Source: Fidelibacterota bacterium (lineage in GTDB: Bacteria > Fidelibacterota > Marinisomatia > Marinisomatales > UBA1611). Taken from it: a stretch of 64,000 nucleotides of DNA. Shown here in pieces: positions 18,497 through 27,470 of the stretch; the first letter of the stretch is position 1, and the number at the start of each line of letters is the position of its first letter. The stretch is from the NCBI GenBank assembly GCA_018649625.1, contig JABIHN010000044.1, forward strand, positions 9,035 to 73,034. The letters are read 5' to 3'. Made by a program: the position numbers and the translations under genes. Under the pieces are notes generated by a model. That model did not search any database. It saw only the letters and a program-made list of their open reading frames with translations, and was not told the DNA's origin.

Positions 18497-19357
18497 ATGA
18501 AAACATCGCACCAAATTTCATATTCCATTTTAACTTTATTGAAAAAATGGATATCTGCAATGTCCGCACAAACACGGTATCGATTTGCATCCAGATTGGC
18601 AAGCCTTTCTTATCACTACATTCCAAAGCGGAAAGGACAAGTCATTAAAAATCTGAATCGAGCATTCCCAAATTGGTCGGATAAGAAAATTGAATTAATT
18701 GTAAAAAATATTTATTTATTTTTTACCAATAATATGCTGCAATTCTTTGCATTTCCAAAATCATGGAGCGGAATTACAATAAAAGTTTCCAATAAAAACT
18801 TATTAGATGATATTATGAATCAACAAAAAGGCTGTATAATGATTTCAGCCCATTTTGGTGCATGGGAATTATTTGCAAAATGGATGGGTGAATATCAGTA
18901 TCGATTTGCAGGAGTTGCTCTAAGACAAAAAAATCGAGGCGCGAATCGTTTTTTTCAAGAACAACGCGAAATTTCTGGTGTGGAACATATTTTCAGAAAA
19001 GAGTCCCTTGATAAAATGTATAATATTCTTAATGACAATGGTATTCTTGCTTTAGTCAGTGATCAAGATGCAAAACAAAAAGGTGTATTTGTGGATTTCT
19101 TTGGCACACCAGCTTCTACGCCAAAAGGCGTTGCCTTATTCCATCAAAAATCAGGTGCCCCCATGTTGTTTGGCGTATGTATTCAAACAGGATTCCAATC
19201 CTACCAGATTGAATTTATATCAGTATATCCAAAAAGTAATAGCGTTCAAGATATCACACAAGCATATACAACTATCATTGAAAAAATGGTGATTAAATAT
19301 CCAGAACAATATTTTTGGTTTCACCGTCGATGGAAAACAAAACAAAACTTAAAATGA
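18497..19357 (+). CDS. Lipid A biosynthesis (Kdo)2-lipid IVA acyltransferase family protein (LpxL/HtrB-like)
   Basis: It has the size, the N-terminal anchor and the 'SAHFGAWE' (HX4-acidic) acyltransferase motif, plus the 'QYFWFHRRWK' ending typical of the family. Confidence 0.7.
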   Translation: MKTSHQISYSILTLLKKWISAMSAQTRYRFASRLASLSYHYIPKRKGQVIKNLNRAFPNWSDKKIELIVKNIYLFFTNNMLQFFAFPKSWSGITIKVSNKNLLDDIMNQQKGCIMISAHFGAWELFAKWMGEYQYRFAGVALRQKNRGANRFFQEQREISGVEHIFRKESLDKMYNILNDNGILALVSDQDAKQKGVFVDFFGTPASTPKGVALFHQKSGAPMLFGVCIQTGFQSYQIEFISVYPKSNSVQDITQAYTTIIEKMVIKYPEQYFWFHRRWKTKQNLK

Positions 19358-19372
19358 TAAGTTAGGATAACG

Positions 19373-19942
19373 ATGAAAAAAATTCATTACAAAAATGAAA
19401 AAGCAATTGTGGAAGCCTGTACTGTTATAAAAAATGGAGGTGTAATTGTTTATCCCACTGATACACTTTATGGATTTGGTTGCGATGCAAAAAATGAAAC
19501 TGCTATTCAAAAAATCAACTCAATCAAGGGTCGAATTTCACCAATAAGCGTTATTGCGCCAAATATTAAAGCTGTAGCCCAATGGATGAATATTCCCGAA
19601 TTTCATAAAACAGAAATATTAGACATACTCAGTGAATCTCAGACTGTGATAGCGCCAGTTAAAGAAAATATCGTTTCAACTTTAATTTTGGGAAAAGGAC
19701 ATTCCTTGGGAATAAGAATTCCAAATCATCCTTTTTGCCAACAACTATCCAATGCTTATCCAAATCCAATTACAACAACAAGCGTGAATCGAACGGGACA
19801 AAGCTCCATGACAAACCCTAATTTGATTCAGGATGAATTTGAAACAGAAATTAATTTAATTATTGATGGTGGTATTATCGATGGAAATGGATCGAGTATT
19901 TTTCAATATACTAATGGTGAATTAGCTGTGATTCGAGTATGA
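19373..19942 (+). CDS. tsaC: L-threonylcarbamoyladenylate synthase (TsaC/YrdC family)
   Basis: It has 'YPTDTLYGFGCDA', 'KGR....P..V' and 'TSVNRTGQ' motifs in a single-domain 189-aa form. Confidence 0.8.
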   Translation: MKKIHYKNEKAIVEACTVIKNGGVIVYPTDTLYGFGCDAKNETAIQKINSIKGRISPISVIAPNIKAVAQWMNIPEFHKTEILDILSESQTVIAPVKENIVSTLILGKGHSLGIRIPNHPFCQQLSNAYPNPITTTSVNRTGQSSMTNPNLIQDEFETEINLIIDGGIIDGNGSSIFQYTNGELAVIRV

Positions 19943-20646
19943 AATATTTATTATTAATTCTAATTTCATCAGCACTATCAGCTATAGAAATTCCTTTCAA
20001 AATAGGTGAAAGGCTTAATTATCAAGCGTCTTTTTCTGGCTTGGATATAGCAAAGGGTAGCTTAATCGTAATAGGAGAAGAATTAGTTAATGATGTTTCA
20101 ACTTTTCATTTCAGATTTCAAGCTAAATCTCAAGGTATTGCAAACTATATCTTTCCTATATTTGATGAAATAGATTTTTGGCTAGATAAAAATACTTTAT
20201 ATCCTGTTCGAGTCACCAAAAATATCAATGAAGGAAAATATCATAAAAAAAGCGAATTACTCCTTTTTCAAGACGATAGAATCGCTATTCTTAACCAGGA
20301 TACAATTTCCATCAATAATGGAATTCAATCACCTTATTCATTATTTTATTTTTTACGGTCTCAAGATTTATTGAACCTTAATGGAGAATCAATTTCAATT
20401 ATTGATGGAAATGAAAAAATAGAATTAGTCATGGACGTTAAGAAAAACCTTCAAATAAATGTACCGGCGGGGAATTTTTTATGTACAAAAATTACCCCAA
20501 CCAGATTGAATAAATTAAAAACTAAAAATGAAGAAGCAATGACTATCTGGTTTTCCAACGATAAAAAAAAATATCCTGTTCAGATTTGGTTAAGAATGAA
20601 ATCAGGTGGGAAGTTTATTTTAAAGCTTAATGAAATTATTAATTAA
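19939..20646 (+). CDS. DUF3108-like secreted protein
   Basis: A signal peptide is followed by the 'GE.L.Y...F.G...A.G.L' pattern and a beta-rich ~230 aa, as I recall for DUF3108. It overlaps tsaC by 4 nt. Confidence 0.45.
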   Translation: MKYLLLILISSALSAIEIPFKIGERLNYQASFSGLDIAKGSLIVIGEELVNDVSTFHFRFQAKSQGIANYIFPIFDEIDFWLDKNTLYPVRVTKNINEGKYHKKSELLLFQDDRIAILNQDTISINNGIQSPYSLFYFLRSQDLLNLNGESISIIDGNEKIELVMDVKKNLQINVPAGNFLCTKITPTRLNKLKTKNEEAMTIWFSNDKKKYPVQIWLRMKSGGKFILKLNEIIN

Positions 20647-21808
20647 ATAAACGACTAATATCATTAAAAATTATTGTAATCATAAGCATCAATAAAAATA
20701 CCATTCCTATTTGTTGAATAAAAATTCGTGCTTTCATGGATAATGGTCGACGAATTATTCCCTCAACTAAATGAATCATTATATGTCCTCCATCCAATCC
20801 CGGGATTGGTAAAATATTAATAAAAGCTAAGTTTACACTAATCATTGCCATAAATGTTAAAAAGGGAACCCACCCTGCTTCTGCGGTTTGCCCAGCTAAT
20901 TGTGCAATCATAATGGGGCCGCCAAAATCAGACATAGACGCAGAACCACTCCCAAGCATTTTTAGGCTCATAATAATCATTCCGAAACTACCCACTGTAC
21001 CTCGCCATCCGCTCTTGATTGCCTCACCAATAGAAATATCCGTATATAAAATTTCAGGAATAATTCCAATAGCACCTAATGTGTCAATTCCCGCCTCCGA
21101 TGGAGAAGTAAAGAATGATGTAGTTAAACTCAAATTGATCTCAACATTTTTACGTAATACAATAAGTGTTATTTCCTTATTGGGCTGAGCATGTATAATA
21201 GATGTAAGATCTTTCCACGTTTGAATAGATATTCCATTAATTGAAACTATTTGGTCACCGGGTTGAATACCCGCAGCTAAAGCTGGCATTCCGGGTTGCA
21301 ATTCTGCAACTATCGGATTATCGGAAACTTCAGGCATTCCTTGCGTGTAGCCAATAGCAGCAAATATAGCAAATGCTAAAATTGTATTCATAATTACACC
21401 AGCACTCATAACCCATAGTTTTGCCCAGAGTGGTTTTGACATAAATTCGTCATCTTCATATTTAATTTCCGCATCCATACTTTCATCAATAATACCAGCC
21501 ATTTTTACATAACCACCCAAAGGCAACAACGCTAGGACATATTCAGTTGATGAACCCGGACGATGGGGTTTTGAAATCATTTTTTCATAGATCGGTTGCC
21601 ACGAAAATTTTCCATTCGACTTTTTAATAAAGAAAAGACGCAGTAGCCATCCATTTTCAATAGATGTCAGAGTAAGAAATCGCGGTGGAATTCCAATAGA
21701 AAATCTTTCAACACGAATTCCAACTGATCGCGCTGCAATAAAGTGTCCATATTCATGAATCGTTATTAAAACGCCAAGAATGAGTATCGTTGCCCATAGA
21801 GTAGTCAT
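20639..21808 (-). CDS. rseP: RIP zinc metalloprotease RseP (site-2 protease)
   Basis: It has the 'HEYGHF' HExxH motif in TM1, a central PDZ ('GIQPGDQIVSING') and the 'NILPIPGLDGG' LDG motif. Confidence 0.9.
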   Translation of the reverse strand: MTTLWATILILGVLITIHEYGHFIAARSVGIRVERFSIGIPPRFLTLTSIENGWLLRLFFIKKSNGKFSWQPIYEKMISKPHRPGSSTEYVLALLPLGGYVKMAGIIDESMDAEIKYEDDEFMSKPLWAKLWVMSAGVIMNTILAFAIFAAIGYTQGMPEVSDNPIVAELQPGMPALAAGIQPGDQIVSINGISIQTWKDLTSIIHAQPNKEITLIVLRKNVEINLSLTTSFFTSPSEAGIDTLGAIGIIPEILYTDISIGEAIKSGWRGTVGSFGMIIMSLKMLGSGSASMSDFGGPIMIAQLAGQTAEAGWVPFLTFMAMISVNLAFINILPIPGLDGGHIMIHLVEGIIRRPLSMKARIFIQQIGMVFLLMLMITIIFNDISRLFN

Positions 21809-21862
21809 ATTATTATCTTTTTATTATAAGGTGGTGAATATTGTGTGAATGGATTTATGAAT

Positions 21863-23008
21863 TCAAAATGAATCCACATGATTTTTTACCCAAGAATCTA
21901 AATAGTTTAATTCTTCTAGGGATGGATGTTCTATCCAAGCGTGATTTACCATTGATGATTCATTTATTTTTGGAATATCTGAAAATTTGATTTCGCCATT
22001 TAAAAATCGAACTACAGAATAATCGTTTGCTAAATTTAAAGCTGCGCCAGAGGTTCCCATCTTTTCTAATGAATCAAAAGCTAATTTAATACATGGAAAC
22101 TTCTCCAAATCCGGTTCTTCAAAAGTAAGATCACCGCAGTTGAAAAAATCTAATTGTTCCCATGGCGCGCTCAAGTGGCGCGGATACGTCAATGCATACT
22201 GTATTGGAACCTTCATGTCTGGTACACCCATTTGAGCCTTAATAGCACCATCTTTCATCTCAATCATTGAATGAATAATAGATTGAGGATGAATCACAAT
22301 ATTAATTTGATCGGGCTTAAATCCAAATAACCAGTACGCTTCAATCACTTCCAATCCCTTATTCATCATGGTAGCACTATCGATTGTTATTTTTTGCCCC
22401 ATATTCCAATTAGGGTGATTTAATGCTTCTTCAACTTTAATTTTATCGAAAGATTCTTTGGAGCGAGTTCGAAATGGACCACCACTTCCAGTTAGTACGA
22501 GACGATGGATATCATCTATGTTTTCTCCAACCATACATTGCCAAATTGCAGAATGTTCACTATCAACTGGAAATAATTGAGCACCCGTTTTTTTCATAGA
22601 TTGCTTAATAATATCCCCGGCCATAACCAAACTCTCTTTGTTGGACAATGCCACATCTATTCCAGCTTCAATCGCTTTTAAGGTAGGTTCCATCCCGGGA
22701 GCCCCCACAAGTCCATTTAACAAAATATCAACATCATTTCTAGCGGATAATTCTAATAGCCCTTCTCGGCCGGTTAGCGTTTCAATACCCAAATCTGTCA
22801 TTGCCTTTTTGACTTTAGGGTAAGCATCTTCATCAACAATACAAACAGCAGACGGTTTAAATTTCATTGCCTGTTCAATTAAAAGATTTGCATTTTTATT
22901 TGCAGATAAATAAACAATATTTAATTCATCTTTGAGGTGAGCAACCACCTTCAAAGCATTGACACCGATAGACCCTGTAGATCCTAAAATTGTAATTCGT
23001 CTAGACAT
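21863..23008 (-). CDS. dxr: 1-deoxy-D-xylulose-5-phosphate reductoisomerase
   Basis: It has 'ILGSTGSIG', 'LSNKESLV', 'PVDSEHSA', 'NKGLE.IEA' and 'HPQSIIHSM' motifs. Confidence 0.95.
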   Translation of the reverse strand: MSRRITILGSTGSIGVNALKVVAHLKDELNIVYLSANKNANLLIEQAMKFKPSAVCIVDEDAYPKVKKAMTDLGIETLTGREGLLELSARNDVDILLNGLVGAPGMEPTLKAIEAGIDVALSNKESLVMAGDIIKQSMKKTGAQLFPVDSEHSAIWQCMVGENIDDIHRLVLTGSGGPFRTRSKESFDKIKVEEALNHPNWNMGQKITIDSATMMNKGLEVIEAYWLFGFKPDQINIVIHPQSIIHSMIEMKDGAIKAQMGVPDMKVPIQYALTYPRHLSAPWEQLDFFNCGDLTFEEPDLEKFPCIKLAFDSLEKMGTSGAALNLANDYSVVRFLNGEIKFSDIPKINESSMVNHAWIEHPSLEELNYLDSWVKNHVDSF

Positions 23009-23698
23009 TTAGAATATTTCTTTTTGAATAAAACACGTTATGAAGGAGCTATCTGAATTTATTCTGGTTCCGAAACCAAATTTTGCAAATGAATATGAAA
23101 TAAATGCATCCATACCAACAAAATTTATTTGTCCTTCCATATTCGTAGGTGCGGTGTGGTTTCCAGAATATGATTGTTCTTTAAAAAAATTGGACCCTGC
23201 ACCAATTCTAAATTGAAACATTCTCCATTCAACCCATTTACGAATATCAATTGTAAGAGAAGTAAGCCGAAAATGGTTTAATCCTTTTAAATCTACCCTC
23301 TGAATTGATGTCGCCCAATCAAGTGTATCTTTCCCGCCAAAATAGTATTGAATACCAGCACCCAAAATTTGTGGAGATTCTTTTTCTACCGAAAATCCAA
23401 ATACTTTTCCTGTTAATGCCAAATTATTGGTTGCCTTAATAGCGATGTCAAAATTGGGATATGTCCAATACTGATTTCCTATTTTAGTCACAACAGATGA
23501 AACTCCCGATTGAATCATTATTCGATTCTTACTCATGGGATCAACTGCAGGAGATTCACTTAACCAAAAGGATGACGATCTAATGACTGATTTTGCATAA
23601 TTATCACATTCTTGGCATACTGTTGTATCAAATCTAAAATCTGCAGACTGAGAATAAACCACATTGCAAAATACAATCAATGAAAATAATAATTTCAA
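23009..23698 (-). CDS. Putative outer-membrane beta-barrel protein, function unknown
   Basis: It has a signal peptide (MKLLFSLIVFCNVVYSQS), beta-strand periodicity, and a terminal aromatic residue ('...IQKEIF'). It abuts dxr with no gap. Confidence 0.45.
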   Translation of the reverse strand: MKLLFSLIVFCNVVYSQSADFRFDTTVCQECDNYAKSVIRSSSFWLSESPAVDPMSKNRIMIQSGVSSVVTKIGNQYWTYPNFDIAIKATNNLALTGKVFGFSVEKESPQILGAGIQYYFGGKDTLDWATSIQRVDLKGLNHFRLTSLTIDIRKWVEWRMFQFRIGAGSNFFKEQSYSGNHTAPTNMEGQINFVGMDAFISYSFAKFGFGTRINSDSSFITCFIQKEIF

Positions 23699-23707
23699 AA
23701 TTGAACT

Positions 23708-24505
23708 CTAAATAATGCCCCGTTCAGATGAACGAAGAAAATCAATGATTTGATCTCGATATTTATTATTTATAATGTCCGATTCAATTTTTTCTAATGC
23801 AATTTTTCTGTTAAGACCTGATCTAAAATAAATTTGATATGTATTTTTTATAATACTACGGACATCCACAGAAAACCCGCGGCGCTTAAGTCCAATACGA
23901 TTGACACCTTGAAATTTAAGAGGTTCTTCTGCAACCAATATAAATGGGGGAACGTCTTGTACAACTCTAAAACCTCCTCCAATAAAAGCATGTGCACCAA
24001 TGCGACAAAACTGATGTACTAAAACACCACCACCCAATGATGCCCAATCACCCACATCTACATGCCCACCAAGCGTTGCCATATTTGCCATTATTACATT
24101 ATTTCCAACTATACAGTCGTGAGCAACATGAACAGAAGCCATTAGCAAGCAATCTTTACCTATTTCAGTTTTACCTAATGCATTTGTGCCGCGATTTATC
24201 GTAACAAATTCACGTATAGTTGTCCTATCACCTATAATCGTTTTGGTTTTTTCGCCACCAAATTTTAAATCTTGTGGAATTTCGCCAATGGAACTTGAAT
24301 GAAATATCCGGCAATCTGATCCAATAGATGTATTCTCACAAATAGTAACATGGTTTCCAATTAGCGTATTATCACCAATTGTTACATTCGGTTCTATCAC
24401 AGAATAAGGACCAACCGTTACATTAAAACCCAACTCGGCTGACGAATCGATAAGTGCCGTGGGATGGATGGATTTGGAGATGTTAGACCTCTGGGCGTGG
24501 AACAA
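23708..24505 (-). CDS. lpxA: Acyl-ACP--UDP-N-acetylglucosamine O-acyltransferase
   Basis: It has 'IHPTA' followed by hexapeptide repeats, then the helical C-terminal domain ('GLKRRGFS'). The TTG start at 24505 overlaps fabZ by 23 nt, so the exact start is uncertain. Confidence 0.9.
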   Translation of the reverse strand: MFHAQRSNISKSIHPTALIDSSAELGFNVTVGPYSVIEPNVTIGDNTLIGNHVTICENTSIGSDCRIFHSSSIGEIPQDLKFGGEKTKTIIGDRTTIREFVTINRGTNALGKTEIGKDCLLMASVHVAHDCIVGNNVIMANMATLGGHVDVGDWASLGGGVLVHQFCRIGAHAFIGGGFRVVQDVPPFILVAEEPLKFQGVNRIGLKRRGFSVDVRSIIKNTYQIYFRSGLNRKIALEKIESDIINNKYRDQIIDFLRSSERGII

Positions 24506-24947
24506 TATTTGCCGACAAAAAAGCTTCAGCTACGAGGATATCATCTACAAAACATTTACCATGAAATTTGCAAAGGTTAAGTTTCCTTTTTACTAAATCC
24601 ATATTTACTTTGAGCTGATCTCCTGGAACAATTGGTTTTCGGAATTTCGCTTTTTCGATGGCTGAAAATAGCATATTTTTTGAAAGAGGATCTTCTACCT
24701 GACTTAACATAAGGAATGCGCCTGCCTGAGCCATGATTTCTAATGATAATACACCGGGCATAACAGGCATACCTGGAAAATGACCTTGAAAAAATGGTTC
24801 ATTTATTGTAATATTTTTTATAGCTACAAGAGATTTACCTGGGTCAGTTACTTCCAATTTATCAATAAGTATAAAAGGATAACGGTGAGGTAAAACTTTT
24901 AAAATATCATTTATTTTAAAATCTAATTGTTTAGAAAAATCAGTCAT
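24483..24947 (-). CDS. fabZ: 3-hydroxyacyl-ACP dehydratase FabZ
   Basis: It has 'LPHRYPFILID', 'NEPFFQGHFPG.PVMPGVL..E..AQ' and a hot-dog-fold size. Confidence 0.95.
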   Translation of the reverse strand: MTDFSKQLDFKINDILKVLPHRYPFILIDKLEVTDPGKSLVAIKNITINEPFFQGHFPGMPVMPGVLSLEIMAQAGAFLMLSQVEDPLSKNMLFSAIEKAKFRKPIVPGDQLKVNMDLVKRKLNLCKFHGKCFVDDILVAEAFLSANIVPRPEV

Positions 24948-24951
24948 TTAG

Positions 24952-25896
24952 TTATTCGGCCCATAATTTTGCCAATTCATTGGCATATTGTTTTTTAAGT
25001 TTTTTTACAAATTCTACGTTACTTGCATGTCCTGCTCGTGCAGCAGTTACATGCCCTTTTATTGGAACACCCAACAATGCAAGATCCCCAATCAGATCTA
25101 ATGTTTTATGTCGAACAGGTTCATTTTTAAATCTTAATACTTTTCCATTCAAAATCCCATTTGCGCCTTGAATAATATCATGTTCAATACCAAATAAGTC
25201 TCTCAATCTTTCAATTTCTGAATGATGGATTTCTTTATCTACAATTACAACTGCGTTATCTAAAGCACCTCCTTTAATCAATCCTTGCTCCTTAAGCATT
25301 TCGACTTCACTTAAGAAACAAAAAGTACGAGCGGGCGCAACTTCGAATGCAAAATCTTCTTCCATATTGTAAATTGCTTCATACTGGGTTCCCAAAGCCG
25401 GGAGAGGGTATTCTACCATAAATGTTATGCGAAATCGATCAGATGGTATAACATGAATATCAATATCACGATAAGAATTTGTATAATTGACTGCATGTGT
25501 AATCTCTAAAACTTTTCTTTTTTTATCTTGTATCTTGATTTCAGCTTTTATTAAACATTCTACAAAATCCTTAGCACTTCCATCCATCACGGGAGGCTCT
25601 TTTCCTGTTAATTCTATAAGCATATTATCAATACGTAAACCGCTAACCGCAGCCAAAGCATGTTCTACGGTATGAATTCGAACATCATTTTCTTCGATCG
25701 TTGTACCGCGAGAAATATCAACAACATGATCAATATCTGCTTTAATCTCAGGGCTAGAAGGAATATCAGACCTAACAAATCTGATACCAAAGTTTTCTGG
25801 TGCAGGATGAAATGTAATACTTGTTTCGACTCCAGTATGAAGTCCAATTCCCTGACATGACTGGCTTGACCTAATCGTTCTTTGCTTTCTTTCCAT
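24952..25896 (-). CDS. lpxC: UDP-3-O-acyl-N-acetylglucosamine deacetylase
   Basis: It has 'QRTI', 'G.GLHTG', 'TVEH..AA', 'HK.LD.IGDL.L' and 'GH..N' motifs. It is separate from fabZ, with a 4-nt gap. Confidence 0.95.
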   Translation of the reverse strand: MERKQRTIRSSQSCQGIGLHTGVETSITFHPAPENFGIRFVRSDIPSSPEIKADIDHVVDISRGTTIEENDVRIHTVEHALAAVSGLRIDNMLIELTGKEPPVMDGSAKDFVECLIKAEIKIQDKKRKVLEITHAVNYTNSYRDIDIHVIPSDRFRITFMVEYPLPALGTQYEAIYNMEEDFAFEVAPARTFCFLSEVEMLKEQGLIKGGALDNAVVIVDKEIHHSEIERLRDLFGIEHDIIQGANGILNGKVLRFKNEPVRHKTLDLIGDLALLGVPIKGHVTAARAGHASNVEFVKKLKKQYANELAKLWAE

Positions 25897-25910
25897 CCTG
25901 AAATTTACCT

Positions 25911-26918
25911 CTATTTACCTTCTCGTATCAAATGATCAAGTTTTTTTCGAATTCGACTGACTTCACTCAATAGTGCTTCTCTTTTATTATGATCTTTAAT
26001 TTCTCTAACAGGATATCCTGCATAAATTTTTCCGCCTTTTATTGATTTGGTAACGCCTGATTTTGCAGCAAATACAGAATTTGGTCCAATAATTACATGT
26101 GGTCCCACTGCTACTTTTCCAGCAAATGTACAATAAGCGCCTATCTCAGAAGTTCCTGCAACCGCAAATCCAGCAGCCATTAAACATCCTTTTCCAATTT
26201 TAACATTATGGGCAATATGAACCAAATTATCAATTTTTGTCATATCGTCAATGTGAGTTGTGCCAATTGTTGCCCTATCAATTGCACAGTTTGATCCTAT
26301 TTCAACATCATTCCCAATTATTACATTTCCAGTTTGGGGGATTTTTTCATGTACTCCATTTTCTGTCACAAATCCAAAACCATCACATCCAATAACTGTA
26401 CCGCTATGAATAATGGCATTATCTCCGATTTGGATATTATTATATATTGTTACATTAGCATGGATTTGGCAATTTTGTCCAATTGTTGTATTAGATCCAA
26501 TTACCGTGTTGGCTCCTATTCTGGATTCATCTCCAATTACAGATCCTTTCTGAATTACAGCGCTGGCTTCAATACTAACTTTTTCACCTATTATTGAAGT
26601 AGGGTCAATAATTGCATTTGGATGAATAAATAATTTTGATGGAGAAGTTGGAAAAAAGAGAGAAAGCGTTTTCGCCATGGCTAATTGGGGATTAGAAACA
26701 ATAATGCCATTTTTATCATCTAGAAGTTTTTCATCATTGATAAAAATTGCGGCTGCTCGAGTAACGCCTAAAAACTTTTTATACTTCGGATTTGCAAAAA
26801 AAGTAATTGATTCAGGTGTGCTATTTTGGATTTCGGATACATTTGAAATAAGTATATCCGAATCACCAATTACTATTCCGCCAACATGATTGGCGATCTC
26901 ACGTAATGTGAGTTTCAA
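25911..26918 (-). CDS. lpxD: UDP-3-O-(3-hydroxyacyl)glucosamine N-acyltransferase
   Basis: An N-terminal uridine-binding domain is followed by a long left-handed beta-helix of hexapeptide repeats and a C-terminal helix. Confidence 0.9.
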   Translation of the reverse strand: MKLTLREIANHVGGIVIGDSDILISNVSEIQNSTPESITFFANPKYKKFLGVTRAAAIFINDEKLLDDKNGIIVSNPQLAMAKTLSLFFPTSPSKLFIHPNAIIDPTSIIGEKVSIEASAVIQKGSVIGDESRIGANTVIGSNTTIGQNCQIHANVTIYNNIQIGDNAIIHSGTVIGCDGFGFVTENGVHEKIPQTGNVIIGNDVEIGSNCAIDRATIGTTHIDDMTKIDNLVHIAHNVKIGKGCLMAAGFAVAGTSEIGAYCTFAGKVAVGPHVIIGPNSVFAAKSGVTKSIKGGKIYAGYPVREIKDHNKREALLSEVSRIRKKLDHLIREGK

Positions 26919-26925
26919 AATTTTA

Positions 26926-27453
26926 TTATTTATCTGAATTCAAATTGCGGAGTTCATGTAATACATCGTCCGTCAAATCAAATTTCGGTTTAAAATATAA
27001 CAAACCGACAGATGCATCAATGATATAATCTAAACCACCATCAATGGCAACTTTATCTACTGCTTTTTTTACTTTTCCTAAAATTTCATATTCCATTTGA
27101 GCTTGTTTTCTCATAAGCTCTCCTTGTGGCCCAATCTTTTCCGCTTGAAAATTTTGAATAGCTCTTTCAGTTTGTTCAAGTTCCATACGGATGCTTTCAC
27201 CTTTATCTAAAGCCATCAAACGTTTTACTTCATAATCTTGTTTTAGGCTATCCATTTTAATAACCATTTGGTCAAATTCTAATTGAACTTTTCTATATTC
27301 AAGCTGAAGTTGCGATTCTGCTTCTTTAAATTCTTCGTACTCTGTACGAATTCTTTCTGATAAAATATATCCTATTTTTAATTGAGCAGACGCCATGGAC
27401 GCCATTCCCATAAATATTAATAAAAATAAATAATTACGTATAGATCCTTTCAC
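26926..27453 (-). CDS. skp: OmpH/Skp family periplasmic chaperone
   Basis: It has a signal peptide, a coiled-coil-rich body, and the position between bamA and lpxD. I chose the GTG at 27453 because it is preceded by AAGGAGAA-caca. The ORF-track start at 27507 would overlap the bamA 3' end. Confidence 0.8.
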   Translation of the reverse strand: MKGSIRNYLFLLIFMGMASMASAQLKIGYILSERIRTEYEEFKEAESQLQLEYRKVQLEFDQMVIKMDSLKQDYEVKRLMALDKGESIRMELEQTERAIQNFQAEKIGPQGELMRKQAQMEYEILGKVKKAVDKVAIDGGLDYIIDASVGLLYFKPKFDLTDDVLHELRNLNSDK

Positions 27454-27470
27454 TGTGTTCTCCTTATTTG

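Noticed and set aside
24483-24505. The 23-nt overlap between fabZ and lpxA (and similarly mutY/plsC at 39974..39996), considered as a possible frameshift or gene fusion.
   Set aside because: Both partners are full-length with intact N- and C-terminal family motifs. The overlaps most likely reflect uncertain alternative (TTG) start choice.
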